A DNA stretch of 64,000 nt from Candidatus Binatia bacterium (GCA_046754245.1 JBHHVL010000007.1:3981-67980), one strand, 5' to 3'; shown: positions 1-9,794, counted from the stretch's first letter. Translations and numbers: made by a program. Notes: generated from the letters alone by a model not told the origin.

Positions 1-939
1 ACACGACGGTAGGCCTCGCTGACCCAGGCTTTGGCAAGCGACACCTCCAGCGATGCATCGAGCCCCTCGCTCAAGCTCCAGATCGCCTCGTATGCGATGA
101 AACGCGAGCCCAGCACGTCGATCGCCATGTTTGCGCAGTGGTGCTGTACAGCCTGGAAGCTACCGACCGGGCGTCCGAACTGCGTGCGATCGCTCGCGTA
201 GCCGACGGTCATGTCGAGGACCCGTTGGGCGCCGCCGACCATCTCGGCGCACGCCGCGGCAGCGCCGAGAGCCTCGATCGTCTCGATGACGGCAGGCGCA
301 GAATGGACGTCGCCAAGTATGCGGCTCTTGGAGAGGAGCACCCCATCGAGAAGGATACGGTACTCGTGGTCGGGCCGCACGGTGTCGAGCCGCTCGCAGA
401 CGATCCCAGGGCTGTCCGCGTCCACCAGCCCCACGATAGCCTGGTCCCCATGCTGCGCCACGATCAGCAGCTGGTTTGCAGCATGGGCGTACGGGACGAA
501 CATCGCGTCGCCGCCGAGCACGTAGTCGTCACCGTCCGGTTGCGCCGCCAGAGAGCCTCTTCCGTCCGCGTAGCTCATGATCTTGGTACCCGCGGCGATC
601 GGGCCGAGAAAGGCCTTCTTCTGCTCCTCGGTTCCGAAGCGGGCGATCGGAAGCGCGCCGTGCACGACGGTGCCGACAAACGGGCTGGGCGTCTGGTGCC
701 TCCCGAGCTCCTCGATCAGCAGACACAGCTCAAGAAAGCTTTGGCCCAGCCCGCCGTGTTCCTCGGGCAGCGCGAGCCCCATCCAGCCGAGTTCGACCAT
801 CTCCTTCCACAGATCGGCGGCGTACCCTCTCGAATCCGTCTCCATCTCCCGCATGTGGGACATGGGAGAGCGAGCCTCGAGGAGCTCGCGCGCAGTGCGC
901 TGGATGAGCTCTTGCTCGGACGTGAGGGTGAGATCCATC
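1..939 (-). CDS. acyl-CoA dehydrogenase, partial (C-terminus lies beyond the window start)
   Basis: Reverse-complement translation from the ATG at 939 reads MDLTLTSEQELIQRTARELLE...GGLGQSFLELCLLIEELGR..., a typical ACAD N-terminal and middle domain. The start codon overlaps the stop of the upstream VOC gene (TGATG). Confidence 0.8.
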
Positions 940-1882
940 AGCGCTTAGGGGGGATCTTGTCGGAGCGCACCCAGACGCCCGGACGCTCTTCCCAGAAGAG
1001 CTGTGTCAGCACCCCACCGGTTTGCTTGGGATGCAAGAAGATGTCGCGCCACTTGGCGCCGTCGGTCTCACCCGAGTTCTCATCGAACGGCTCGACGCCG
1101 TGGTACTGGCACGCCTCCATGGCCTTGTCCCAGTTTCGCACCTCCAGTGTGACGTGGTGAGCGATCGGGCCACTGCGCTGGAGGAACCGTGCGATGAAGG
1201 AGCCCTCGTCTCCCCACGGCATGATGATCTCCCAGCAGATCGACGAACCGGGCACGTTCATGACGAGGTCCGCCATATCCGGATGCTCGTCGTCGGGCGT
1301 ACGCCACACCTGAACGAAGCCGGCCACCTCCTCGTACCACCTTGCCAACTCGTCCCGGTCCCGGAAGGCCTGACAGACGTGGTCGATGTTGGCGATGCCG
1401 AGCGATGGCGCCTCGCTGACCTCGACGGTGTCCGGCCATTCCTTCGGATTGTCGCCGCACATCGAGTGATTGCCCGGGCCGTTGATCCGGAAGAGCACGC
1501 CCAGCCCCTGGTCGGGAGGCGAGAGTGACACCTCGACCCACTTCCCGGCCTGTCCGTTGGTCACCGTGACACCATGCACCGCCAGCTCCTTCTCGACAGA
1601 GGCGACGTCGGGCACCTCGAAAGCGACGTGATGCAGACCGCCGCGCCCGCCGCGCTCCTCGAGCCACTTTGCGAGGGGAGTGGCATCCCCGAGAGGGGCC
1701 AGCACCTCCCAATGCTGATTCCACGTTCCGGGCACTGCGAGCCGCACACCCCGGCAGCCCGCCTCTTGGTTCTCCCAGCTGCGCATACGCCGGTAGCCGA
1801 ACAGCCCCACCATGAGCTCGACCTGCGGGTCGAGGTCGGGCACGACCTGACTGACGTGATCCAATCGGTAGAATTCCAGCAT
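939..1882 (-). CDS. two-domain VOC (glyoxalase/bleomycin-resistance/extradiol dioxygenase) family protein
   Basis: 314-aa ORF with duplicated HHVAFEV / HHVTLEV glyoxalase-like motifs. GGAGAGGG RBS upstream of the ATG at 1882. Confidence 0.7.
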
Positions 1883-1968
1883 CGCTTATCCCTCTCCGTG
1901 TGCCTTCATGAAAAAGCCCTACTTGCAGACGCGACCGTGCATGCGCCGAGATTGTTCGCAACCCGAGA

Positions 1969-2715
1969 TCAACTCGGGTGCGGCTCGATCCAGTCGTACC
2001 CCTTGTTCAGGAGCTCCTTCATCAGGCGCAGGTTGTAACGGTTCATCGCACCGATTCTGCGGCCGAGCTCGGCGACTTCTTCGTCGAACTTCTCCATGGA
2101 GTACACGTGGTTGACCAGGCCGATCTGCAACGCCTGCTGCGCATCGATGCGGACACCGGTGAAGATGAGCTCCTTGGTGCGAGCCTTGCCGATCCGTTCC
2201 GGGAGGCGCGTGAGACTGCCCCAACCAGGGCCATTCCCGCCAAACTCGGGTTGATCCGGGTCACCGTCCTCGGCGATCTTCGGGCGGTAGGGCGACTGGG
2301 CCGAGAGTGTGATCTCGGGCAGGCCGAGCTTGGCATCCTCACGCGCGACGATGAAGTCGGCGCCGAGCGCAAACTCGAGCCCACCGCCGAGCGCGTAGCC
2401 GTGAACGGCTGCAATCACGGGGATGCTCGCGCGCTCCATCATCTCGACGATTCGCTGGCCCATGCGCGCCTGCTCGACGCGATCCTTCTTCGTGAGCCGC
2501 TCGGACCACTCGAGGTCCATGCCGGCGCAGAAAGCGCGGCCCGCCGCGCGAAGCACAATGCCACAGACACCTTCGTCGGCATCCAGGTCGGTGAAGACCT
2601 GGCGCAGCTCAGTCATCATGGTTTCGTCGATTGCATTGAGCTTGTCGGGCCGGTTGAGCGTCAACGTTGCAGCCCGGTCCTCGATCTTCAGGATGAGAGT
2701 CTGGTACTCGGACAT
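1969..2715 (-). CDS. enoyl-CoA hydratase/isomerase (crotonase family)
   Basis: MSEYQTLILKIEDRAATLTLNRPDKLNAI...AFCAGMDL... crotonase signature. True start is the internal ATG at 2715, preceded by GAGGAGGAA; the longer ORF-track N-terminus is spurious. Confidence 0.85.
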   Translation of the reverse strand: MSEYQTLILKIEDRAATLTLNRPDKLNAIDETMMTELRQVFTDLDADEGVCGIVLRAAGRAFCAGMDLEWSERLTKKDRVEQARMGQRIVEMMERASIPVIAAVHGYALGGGLEFALGADFIVAREDAKLGLPEITLSAQSPYRPKIAEDGDPDQPEFGGNGPGWGSLTRLPERIGKARTKELIFTGVRIDAQQALQIGLVNHVYSMEKFDEEVAELGRRIGAMNRYNLRLMKELLNKGYDWIEPHPS

Positions 2716-2738
2716 GGCTTCCTCCTCTTTGTTACGTT

Positions 2739-3974
2739 CTACTCGCGCGGGAGCCCGAGCCCCCGGGTTGCGATCACATTGCGCTGAATCTCCGTGGTAC
2801 CGGCGAGAAATGTGGCGGCCACCGCGTCGAACGATAGATGACTGAAGGCCGCACCCAATGGCGCGCCCTCCCGTTGCCACAGCTTGCTGAGCTCCCCGAA
2901 CACCTTGGCGCCCGTGCGCGCGAGCCGCTGATGCAGCTCGGCGCTGAAGAGCTGGTTCGCCGACGCTTCGTAGCCAGGTTCCTTGCCCGATGCCTGGATC
3001 GACGTCGTGTAGCGCGCCAGGTTGTACAAAACCCGCGTTTCGACGTAGCGTCGCGCGATCTCAAGACGAACCGAGGAGCGCCAGTCGTCGCGCACGTAAC
3101 GCCTGCCCTCGTCGCTGCGAACAAAGCGCACCAGGTCTCCAATCGCCTGCTCGTACTTGATCGTCGCACCGATACCTGAACGCTCGAACGTCAACGTCGA
3201 CATCGCCACGTACCAACCTCGGTTCTCGTCGCCCACGCGGTTGGCCACCGGCACACGCGCATCGTCGAAGAAGATCTCCGCGAAAGGCGCATCGCGCCGG
3301 ATGTCGTCGATCGGACGCACGGTCACGCCCGGCGTCTGGACGTCCACCAGCAAGAACGTGATCCCGCGGTGCTTGCGTGCCTCGGGATCGGTGCGCACGA
3401 GGACAAACAACCAATCAGCGAACTGCCCGAGCGACGTCCAGACCTTCTGGCCGTTCACGACGTAATGATCGCCGTCGCGCACCGCGCGGGTCCGCAGTGA
3501 CGCCAGGTCAGAACCGGCCTCCGTCTCCGAGAAGCCCTGTGCCCAAATGACCTCGCCCGAGGCGATCTTCGGAAGGTGGCGTCGCTTCTGCTCTTCGGTT
3601 CCGTGCGCGAGCAGGGTCGGGCCGAGCAGGTTGACGGCAATGCCGTTCACCTGAGGGGCGCGCGCCCGCATCATCTCCTCCTGGAGTACCAGCTCGTCAA
3701 TCGGATCGAGGCCGGCCCCCCCGTACGACGTGGGCCAGTGTGGAGCGGTCCAGCCCTTCTCGGCGAGGGCGGCGGCCCACTGCATTGCCGCCCGGCGCCG
3801 CCCGGCATCCCCCGAACGAACATCGGCGATCCAGTTGTATCCCCGAACATCCTCCGGCTCGAGGCTGTGCTCTCTTTCCCTGTCCGGCGTGTACTCGGCG
3901 GGGAACCGCTCCGCAATGAAGGAGCGGATCTCCTCGCGAAACGCCGCCTGTTCCGGCGAGTCCTTCCAGTTCAT
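2739..3974 (-). CDS. acyl-CoA dehydrogenase
   Basis: MNWKDSPEQAAFREEIRSF...GSDLASLRTRA... ACAD family. Its ATG overlaps the stop of the upstream ligase gene (ATGA). Confidence 0.85.
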   Translation of the reverse strand: MNWKDSPEQAAFREEIRSFIAERFPAEYTPDREREHSLEPEDVRGYNWIADVRSGDAGRRRAAMQWAAALAEKGWTAPHWPTSYGGAGLDPIDELVLQEEMMRARAPQVNGIAVNLLGPTLLAHGTEEQKRRHLPKIASGEVIWAQGFSETEAGSDLASLRTRAVRDGDHYVVNGQKVWTSLGQFADWLFVLVRTDPEARKHRGITFLLVDVQTPGVTVRPIDDIRRDAPFAEIFFDDARVPVANRVGDENRGWYVAMSTLTFERSGIGATIKYEQAIGDLVRFVRSDEGRRYVRDDWRSSVRLEIARRYVETRVLYNLARYTTSIQASGKEPGYEASANQLFSAELHQRLARTGAKVFGELSKLWQREGAPLGAAFSHLSFDAVAATFLAGTTEIQRNVIATRGLGLPRE

Positions 3975-5650
3975 ATCGCCTCGCTTCGCGCGCCGGCGCG
4001 CCCGCTGGCCTGCGTTGGCTCGGTGTGCACCGTTTCGCGATCCCAAGTGGACGACGTGAGCCCACGCCGGCCCATCTCGCGCAGCCGGCGTTTGGCGACC
4101 TTGTCCGTGTGGGTCCGCGGCAACAGCTCGTCCGTGATCTCGACGTATCTCGGCACCATAAAACCGGGTAAGCGCTCGGCGCAGTGCTCGACGATCTCTT
4201 CAGGGTCGAGCGTCGCGCCGGGACGGCGGACGACGACCATCTTGACCTCCTCTTCCTCGAGGTCGGAGGGCACCCCGATCGCGGCAGACTCGAGAACGGC
4301 AGGGTGAAGGTTGACGGCGCACTCGAGATCGAAGGCCGAGATGTTTTCTCCGCGACGGCGAATGGCGTCCTTCATGCGGTCGAGGAAGTAGAAGTAGCCC
4401 TCTTCGTCGCGGTAGGCACGGTCGCCGGTGTGAAACCACATGTTGCGAAAAATGTGAGTCGTCGCCTCCCAAAAGCCGTAGTAGCCTGTCATCATGACAA
4501 AGGGCTGCCTGGGCCGCACGACGATCTCTCCCGACTCCCCGGGCTCGACCTCGCGATCGTGCTCGTCGACAACAGCCACCGCGAAGCGCTCCGAATGCTC
4601 CAGTCCACATGAGCCCACACGCCAGGTCCCGTACGGGCTCGCGATCGGGATTCCCGCCTCCGTGCTCGTGTAGGTCTCTACGGACCGAACACCGAAACGT
4701 TCGCGCATCTGGTCGTCGAGAGCCGACTTGCCCATATAGAACGACTCCAGCGGGTGGTCCTTGTCGCCGGGCGTCGGGGGCTGGTTCAGTAGAATCGGAA
4801 TCATCGAAAAGACGCTCATCGACACGTTCGCGCTGAACCGACGCACGTCGTCCCAGAAGCGCGAGGCACTGAACCTCTCGACGATACCGATCGGCGTGCC
4901 CGAGAACAGAGCGGCCATCACTCCGTCCCACAATCCGGCTGCGTGAAAGAGGGGGAGCGGACAGAAGTAGTTCTTGCCCCACCCGTTCACGTAGCGCAGG
5001 GAGTCGAGCGCACAGGACAGCGCCAACGCGTGCGGTGTCATCACGCCCTTCGACGGCCCCGTTGTGCCCGACGTATACATGATCGCGTGCAGGTCGCTGA
5101 ACGCAACGTCGACATGCGGATCCTCGTCCCGATGGTCGAGCAACCGGCGGAGCTCGACCGAACCGGGATGGGGTGACGGTGGATCGCCCGCGGTACGAAT
5201 GACGACGCGGCTGACACCCCCGACCCGAGGGAGCACGTCGGCGACGCAATCCAAGAAAGATTCGTCCACAACGAGCGTCTTCACGTCGGCAGTGTTCAAG
5301 ACGTGCTCGAGCACGTTCCCTTTGTATGCCGTGTTCACGGGCACGACGACTGCGCCCAGCTTGGCCAGCGCAAAGATGACATGAACGAAATCTGGCGAGT
5401 TGGGCAGCATCACGGCCACGTGGTCCCGCCGGCCGACACCCAGCGAAGCGAAACCTCGTGCCAGTCGGCTCGACACCTCGTGGACTTCACCGAACGTGAT
5501 CTCGCCGTCGTCAAATCTCAAGAACGGCTTGGTTCGGTGAGTCGACGCCCGTTCTCGCAGGACGTCGGCGAGCACCAGCTCGTCGAGGTGGTAGTCTCGC
5601 TCGGGCGCGTGGATCAGATATCGACTCACCGTTCTCTGCATACGCGACAC
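3971..5650 (-). CDS. AMP-dependent acyl-CoA synthetase/ligase (fatty-acid--CoA ligase-like)
   Basis: ANL-superfamily motifs MYTSGTTGPSKGV and GYYGFWE...TGD. Start is uncertain: GTG at 5650 or ATG at 5641. Confidence 0.85.
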   Translation of the reverse strand: MSRMQRTVSRYLIHAPERDYHLDELVLADVLRERASTHRTKPFLRFDDGEITFGEVHEVSSRLARGFASLGVGRRDHVAVMLPNSPDFVHVIFALAKLGAVVVPVNTAYKGNVLEHVLNTADVKTLVVDESFLDCVADVLPRVGGVSRVVIRTAGDPPSPHPGSVELRRLLDHRDEDPHVDVAFSDLHAIMYTSGTTGPSKGVMTPHALALSCALDSLRYVNGWGKNYFCPLPLFHAAGLWDGVMAALFSGTPIGIVERFSASRFWDDVRRFSANVSMSVFSMIPILLNQPPTPGDKDHPLESFYMGKSALDDQMRERFGVRSVETYTSTEAGIPIASPYGTWRVGSCGLEHSERFAVAVVDEHDREVEPGESGEIVVRPRQPFVMMTGYYGFWEATTHIFRNMWFHTGDRAYRDEEGYFYFLDRMKDAIRRRGENISAFDLECAVNLHPAVLESAAIGVPSDLEEEEVKMVVVRRPGATLDPEEIVEHCAERLPGFMVPRYVEITDELLPRTHTDKVAKRRLREMGRRGLTSSTWDRETVHTEPTQASGRAGARSEAI

Positions 5651-5714
5651 ATCGCCGGACGAACCGGTCCCGTCGCAGGAGACAGACTGCGCGAGCCCCG
5701 CATGCAGCGGTGGC

Positions 5715-7022
5715 TCATGCGACGTCGCTCATCGAGCTCTCGACCGCCGGCAGCGGGCCACGTACCGGCACGCGCGGGCCCTCCAGCACCACACGAAAGC
5801 TGTCCTCGATAATGTCCAACCCCTCGGACAGCTCGTTCTCCGAAATCGTGAGCGGCGGCAACAGCTTCAGTACCTCGTCGTCGGGCCCAGCCGTTTCGAT
5901 GATGAGACCGCGCTCGAACGCCGCGCGCGCGACACGCTCGGCAATCCCCGGGCACTCTACGCCTTGAATCAGGCCGCGGCCGCGCACGTCGCCGCACTGT
6001 TCCGGATACTCCTCCGCGACCGCCAGCAGACGCTCTCGCGCGGTGCGACCCCGCCGCTGCACCTGCTCCGCGAGCGCGTTGTCGGTCCAGAACGCGTCCA
6101 GCGACTCCGCCGCAGTGACGAACGCCGGGTTGTGGCCGCGAAACGTCCCATTGTGCTCACCGGGTGACCACATGTCCAGCTCCGGCCGAAGCAATACGAT
6201 CGCCAACGGAAGGCCCAGCCCGCTGAGCGACTTCGACAGACACACGATGTCCGGCTCGATGTCGGCGGGCTCAAACGAGAAGAACGACCCAGTGCGCCCG
6301 CAGCCGACCTGGATGTCGTCGATGATCAGCAAGATATCGTGTGCACGCGTGATGGTGCGCAGGCGGCGCAGCCAATCGAGTGATGCCACGTTGACGCCGC
6401 CCTCGGCCTGCACGGTCTCGACGATGACAGCAGCAGGAGTTTCCATACCGCTGCCACCGTTGGTGAGCATGGTCTCGAAGTAGTCGAGCGTGTCCACGTC
6501 GTCGCCCAGCGCGCCGCAAAACGGCAGCCACACGGCATTGCTCAGGGGGATGCCGGCACCGGCACGCTTGCTCTCGCTACCCGTGCACGCCAGCGAACCC
6601 AGCGTCATGCCATGGAACCCGTTGGTGAACGCCGCGACGAGCGGCCGTTGCTTCACTTTGCGCGCCAGCTTGAGTGCCGCCTCGACGGCGTTGGTCCCCG
6701 TCGGGCCGGGGAACTGGACTCTGTAGCGCAGCCCGCGCGGCCGCAGCACGACCTCGTCGAATCGCTCGAGGAACCGCCGCTTTGCCGTGGTCATCATGTC
6801 GAGGCTGTGCACCACACCGTCACCGAGTAGATAATCCGTGGCGGCCTTTTGCAGCCGTCGATCGTTATGACCGTAGTTGAGCACACCCGCTCCGGCGAAG
6901 AAGTCCAGATACCGGCGACCGCTCTCCTCGAAAAGCTCGCAACCGCGCGCCGTCGCGAACACCACCGGCCACGACCGACAGTACCCGCGAACTTCGGATT
7001 CCAAGCGTTCGAATATATCCAT
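5715..7022 (-). CDS. ectB: diaminobutyrate--2-oxoglutarate transaminase
   Basis: MDIFERLESEVRGYCRSWPVVF...FFAGAGVLNYGHN...QFPGPTGTNAVEAALKLARKV is near-collinear with characterised EctB proteins. Lies 3 nt downstream of ectA. GAGAGAGG RBS. Confidence 0.9.
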   Translation of the reverse strand: MDIFERLESEVRGYCRSWPVVFATARGCELFEESGRRYLDFFAGAGVLNYGHNDRRLQKAATDYLLGDGVVHSLDMMTTAKRRFLERFDEVVLRPRGLRYRVQFPGPTGTNAVEAALKLARKVKQRPLVAAFTNGFHGMTLGSLACTGSESKRAGAGIPLSNAVWLPFCGALGDDVDTLDYFETMLTNGGSGMETPAAVIVETVQAEGGVNVASLDWLRRLRTITRAHDILLIIDDIQVGCGRTGSFFSFEPADIEPDIVCLSKSLSGLGLPLAIVLLRPELDMWSPGEHNGTFRGHNPAFVTAAESLDAFWTDNALAEQVQRRGRTARERLLAVAEEYPEQCGDVRGRGLIQGVECPGIAERVARAAFERGLIIETAGPDDEVLKLLPPLTISENELSEGLDIIEDSFRVVLEGPRVPVRGPLPAVESSMSDVA

Positions 7023-7025
7023 GAA

Positions 7026-7550
7026 TCATCCTCTCTCTTTGGGAAACGGCCCGATTCGGTAGAGCACTTCCCTCTCCTTGCCGTTCGGGAAGAGTGTCTC
7101 GTCGTAACCACGGCCGGAGACGGCCTCGATGGGGGCACCCAGGCCGCGCGCAAACGAACGGAACATCGCGATCGACGCCGTGTTGGACGGCGTCACCGTC
7201 GTCTCCATGAACCGAATCGGACGGCAGGCCGGCAGGTGGACCAAGCGATCGAGCAGCGTGCGACCGAGCCCGCGTCCGCGTTCGGCCGGGGCCACGCCGA
7301 TCTGCCAGACGAACACGACGTCGGGCGCGTCCGGCAGGATGACCCCGATGACGAACCCGGTCAGCTCCCCGTCGCGCTCCGCCACGACGCACGTGTCGCG
7401 AAAGCGGTCGCACATCAGCAGATACATGTACGAGGAGTTCAGGTCGAGAACGCCCGCGTCACGCACCAGTCGCCACACGGCGGCACCGTCGGCGGTCCTG
7501 GTGGCGCGCAAGCCCGGAGGCTGGACTACTTCGGCTTCGAGTACGGTCAT
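7026..7550 (-). CDS. ectA: L-2,4-diaminobutyrate acetyltransferase
   Basis: LNSSYMYLLMCDRFRDTCVVAE...VFVWQIGVAPAERGRGLG...ETTVTPSNTASIAMFRS...VLYRIGPF matches EctA signatures. Confidence 0.9.
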   Translation of the reverse strand: MTVLEAEVVQPPGLRATRTADGAAVWRLVRDAGVLDLNSSYMYLLMCDRFRDTCVVAERDGELTGFVIGVILPDAPDVVFVWQIGVAPAERGRGLGRTLLDRLVHLPACRPIRFMETTVTPSNTASIAMFRSFARGLGAPIEAVSGRGYDETLFPNGKEREVLYRIGPFPKERG

Positions 7551-7740
7551 ACAACCACGACACCGATCGGCTCACCGACAAAGGCCTGGCGAATCACCCA
7601 AACGCCGGCGGGGACTTTGTCGTCGATGGGTCGTCGAAACATACGGGGCCCTCTCTGTTAGCTTGTGACGCACTCAGTGCTGTAGTAATTACTTGCCTAG
7701 AAATGACTAGAATACTAATAAATTCCTGGAGGCAGCGCAA
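7551..7740. promoter_or_regulatory. divergent ectA / ectR intergenic control region
   Basis: AT-rich stretch in an otherwise GC-rich window. Contains palindromes CACTcAGTG and GTAATTAC, a CTAG-AAATGA-CTAG motif, and -35/-10-like hexamers (TTGTGA...TAGTAA, TTGCCT...TAATAA). GGAGG RBS precedes the GTG start of ectR. Confidence 0.5.
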
Positions 7741-8268
7741 GTGAGCGAGGATCATGGGTCCCGGGCCGCCCGACCGCACGTGGCCTCAGACATCCTGCGG
7801 GCCCTGCGCCGGGTCCTGTACGGCATCACGCTGCACTCGAAGCAGCTGGCTCGCGAGAGTGGGCTCACCCTTCCCCAGTTGGCCGTCCTGCGAGCGTTGC
7901 GCGCGCGGAATCCCCCCGAGGCCACTGTCTTGGACGTCGCACGTGACATCGGGGTCGGCTCGCCGACCGTGACCGGGATCGCCGATCGCCTCGAACGTCT
8001 GTCGATGCTGGAACGCATCCGCAGCACGAGTGATCGCCGCAAGGTGTATGTCCGGCTCACCGAGCTCGGCGCGAGCCGAGTGCAATCTGTGCCCGAGCAG
8101 CCACAGGACCGGTTCGTGAAAGGCATGATGGCGCTTGCTCCCTCTGCTCGCGACACACTGCTCACGAGCCTGGAACAGATTGAGCTGGAGCTGATGGAGG
8201 CGCCACCCGATTTCGAGCCGGCCCCGGTCCTGGTCGCCGACGAGAAGCTCCACTCCGAAGAATCCTAA
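7741..8268 (+). CDS. ectR: MarR-family transcriptional regulator (EctR-like)
   Basis: 175 aa with a MarR-type winged-helix core (LTLPQLAVLRAL...DIGVGSPTVTGIADRLERLSMLERIRSTSDRRKVYVRLTELG). Divergent from ectAB and immediately upstream of ectC. GTG start with a GGAGG RBS. Confidence 0.7.
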   Translation: MSEDHGSRAARPHVASDILRALRRVLYGITLHSKQLARESGLTLPQLAVLRALRARNPPEATVLDVARDIGVGSPTVTGIADRLERLSMLERIRSTSDRRKVYVRLTELGASRVQSVPEQPQDRFVKGMMALAPSARDTLLTSLEQIELELMEAPPDFEPAPVLVADEKLHSEES

Positions 8269-8277
8269 GAGGTGCGC

Positions 8278-8721
8278 ATGATCGTTCGAAGCTTAGACGA
8301 GATCGTCGACACGGAACGCGATGTCCGGGCTCCCACCTTTCACAGCCGGCGGCTGCTGCTGCGCAGCGACCGCATGGGGTTCTCACTCCACGACACGATC
8401 CTGCATGCCGGCTCGGTAACGAAGATGTGGTATCGCAACCACGTAGAGGCCGTGTACTGCATCGAAGGCGAAGGGGAGCTCGAAGATCTCGAGACGGGGT
8501 GTCGTCATGCAATCACACCCGGCACGATGTACGCGCTCGATGGCCACGAGCGTCACGTGCTGCGCGCCATCACGGAGCTGCGCATGGTCTGCGTGTTCGA
8601 CCCGCCGCTGACCGGGAAAGAGGTCCACGACGCAGACGGCGTTTACCCGCTGATCGACGACGAGCCATCTTCGACGAGTGCGGGCGAGCTATCGTCAAGC
8701 GTCGCGGATCGACGTGAATGA
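8278..8721 (+). CDS. ectC: L-ectoine synthase
   Basis: MIVRSLDEI...[20 protein letters not shown]...[32 protein letters not shown] is a cupin matching EctC, including the [10 protein letters not shown] signature. Its AAGAGG RBS overlaps the ectR stop codon. Confidence 0.9.
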   Translation: MIVRSLDEIVDTERDVRAPTFHSRRLLLRSDRMGFSLHDTILHAGSVTKMWYRNHVEAVYCIEGEGELEDLETGCRHAITPGTMYALDGHERHVLRAITELRMVCVFDPPLTGKEVHDADGVYPLIDDEPSSTSAGELSSSVADRRE

Positions 8722-8950
8722 TCAGGCAGCGTCCTTCGATTGCGATACGTAGACAGCTGTTCTCCAGCCCCAAAAGGAGCCTCTAAGGCCGAAAATGAAC
8801 CGCCTGGAATGCAACTTGTCAGGCATACTCACCCAGCGAGCACTGCGAGATTGTCCAAGTGACCGAAACTCCAGCCATTCCATCCATTGTCGAGCGACGT
8901 AACATCGACGATGCTCATCTTGGTCCTCCACGGATCGGCACTTCACTGGT

Positions 8951-9387
8951 TCAGAATCTCGAATCGAAAGATTTGATCCGCCAGTCGTTGTCCTTCTCGT
9001 CCAGCGTAGCGCAGAGGATCTTGTTGCCGTCGGTTCGAACATTCACCAGCCCATAGATCAGGCCACCGACAACCATTGCCTCCCCTAGCGTGACCTTGTC
9101 CTTCTTGGCTTTGGCGATATGGAGGGTCGCCCGGTCCAAGGCCTTGCCCGAAAGGGTGCTGATGATATTCCCGCCCGTGTCTTTCACCTCGAGTTTCTTC
9201 GCAAAGCCGAGGTCGATGCTGCGTCCCAGCTCTGTCGAGTAGACCAGGGGCGTGACGAGATCATCGTCGTCATCGTCCAATTGCAGATACCCAGCCGTGT
9301 CGCCCGCGGCTCAACCTCGGTCGTCGGCTCTACAGCCACATCCATCGTGCCAATCATCATCCCGTCGAGGCTCTCCGAACCTGTCAT
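8951..9387 (-). CDS. hypothetical acidic small protein in a lower-GC islet; reading frame is interrupted (frameshift or non-ATG start)
   Basis: Frame A (ATG at 9387) encodes MTGSESLDGMMIGTMDVAVEPTTEVEPRA... The +2 frame continues as ...LQLDDDDDDLVTPLVYSTELGRS...NDWRIKSFDSRF to the stop at 8951. The two frames would join near a (GAC/GAT)6 tract at 9280-9297. The 109-aa ORF in the track begins with TTG. No recognisable family. Confidence 0.35.
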
Positions 9388-9568
9388 TTCCTTCAGCCAT
9401 CCCCCGCCCCTTCACTAATTTCACCAGACTCGCTGTCTCACGTCACATTGGCACAGGGGGGATACGGATGCAGTCGGACCCTATCGCCTTCGTCACCGTT
9501 TTTGATCAGCGCCACGCTTTTCAGTGAGACGAGCAAGAGGAAAGACGCTTAAACAGGTAACAGTAACA

Positions 9569-9591
9569 GGGGTCAAGTCGCGGCTTGCGAC
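9569..9591. repeat. 23-bp palindromic repeat copy 1 (GGGGTCAAGTCGCGGCTTGCGAC), inverted relative to copies 2 and 3
   Basis: Exact 23-mer read directly from the sequence. Contains the internal stem-loop GTCGC-GGCTT-GCGAC. Confidence 0.8.
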
Positions 9592-9794
9592 AACTCCCCT
9601 TCCCACCGTAAGCGTGAGTTCACCCTGCTGGCGTACCGGGATTTCACGAGCGCTACCAATGCGACAGCGAGCGAGCTGTTCGGTATCACCAAGACCCCCG
9701 TAACTACGGCCGTCAGGCGGGCTCGTGCAACCTGTCCCGACACGGGGAATACCGCCGCCAGTATCGACAACGTTCCGACACTCTGCAGAACAAG

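Noticed and set aside
138-1160. 340-aa plus-strand ORF at the window start
   Set aside because: It is antisense to a well-supported acyl-CoA dehydrogenase reading frame and has an Arg/Ala-rich composition typical of wrong-frame GC-rich ORFs.
1961-1979. Perfect 7-bp-stem hairpin ACCCGAG-ATCAA-CTCGGGT
   Set aside because: It overlaps the stop codon of the enoyl-CoA hydratase gene and has no flanking U-tract. Not convincing as a terminator.
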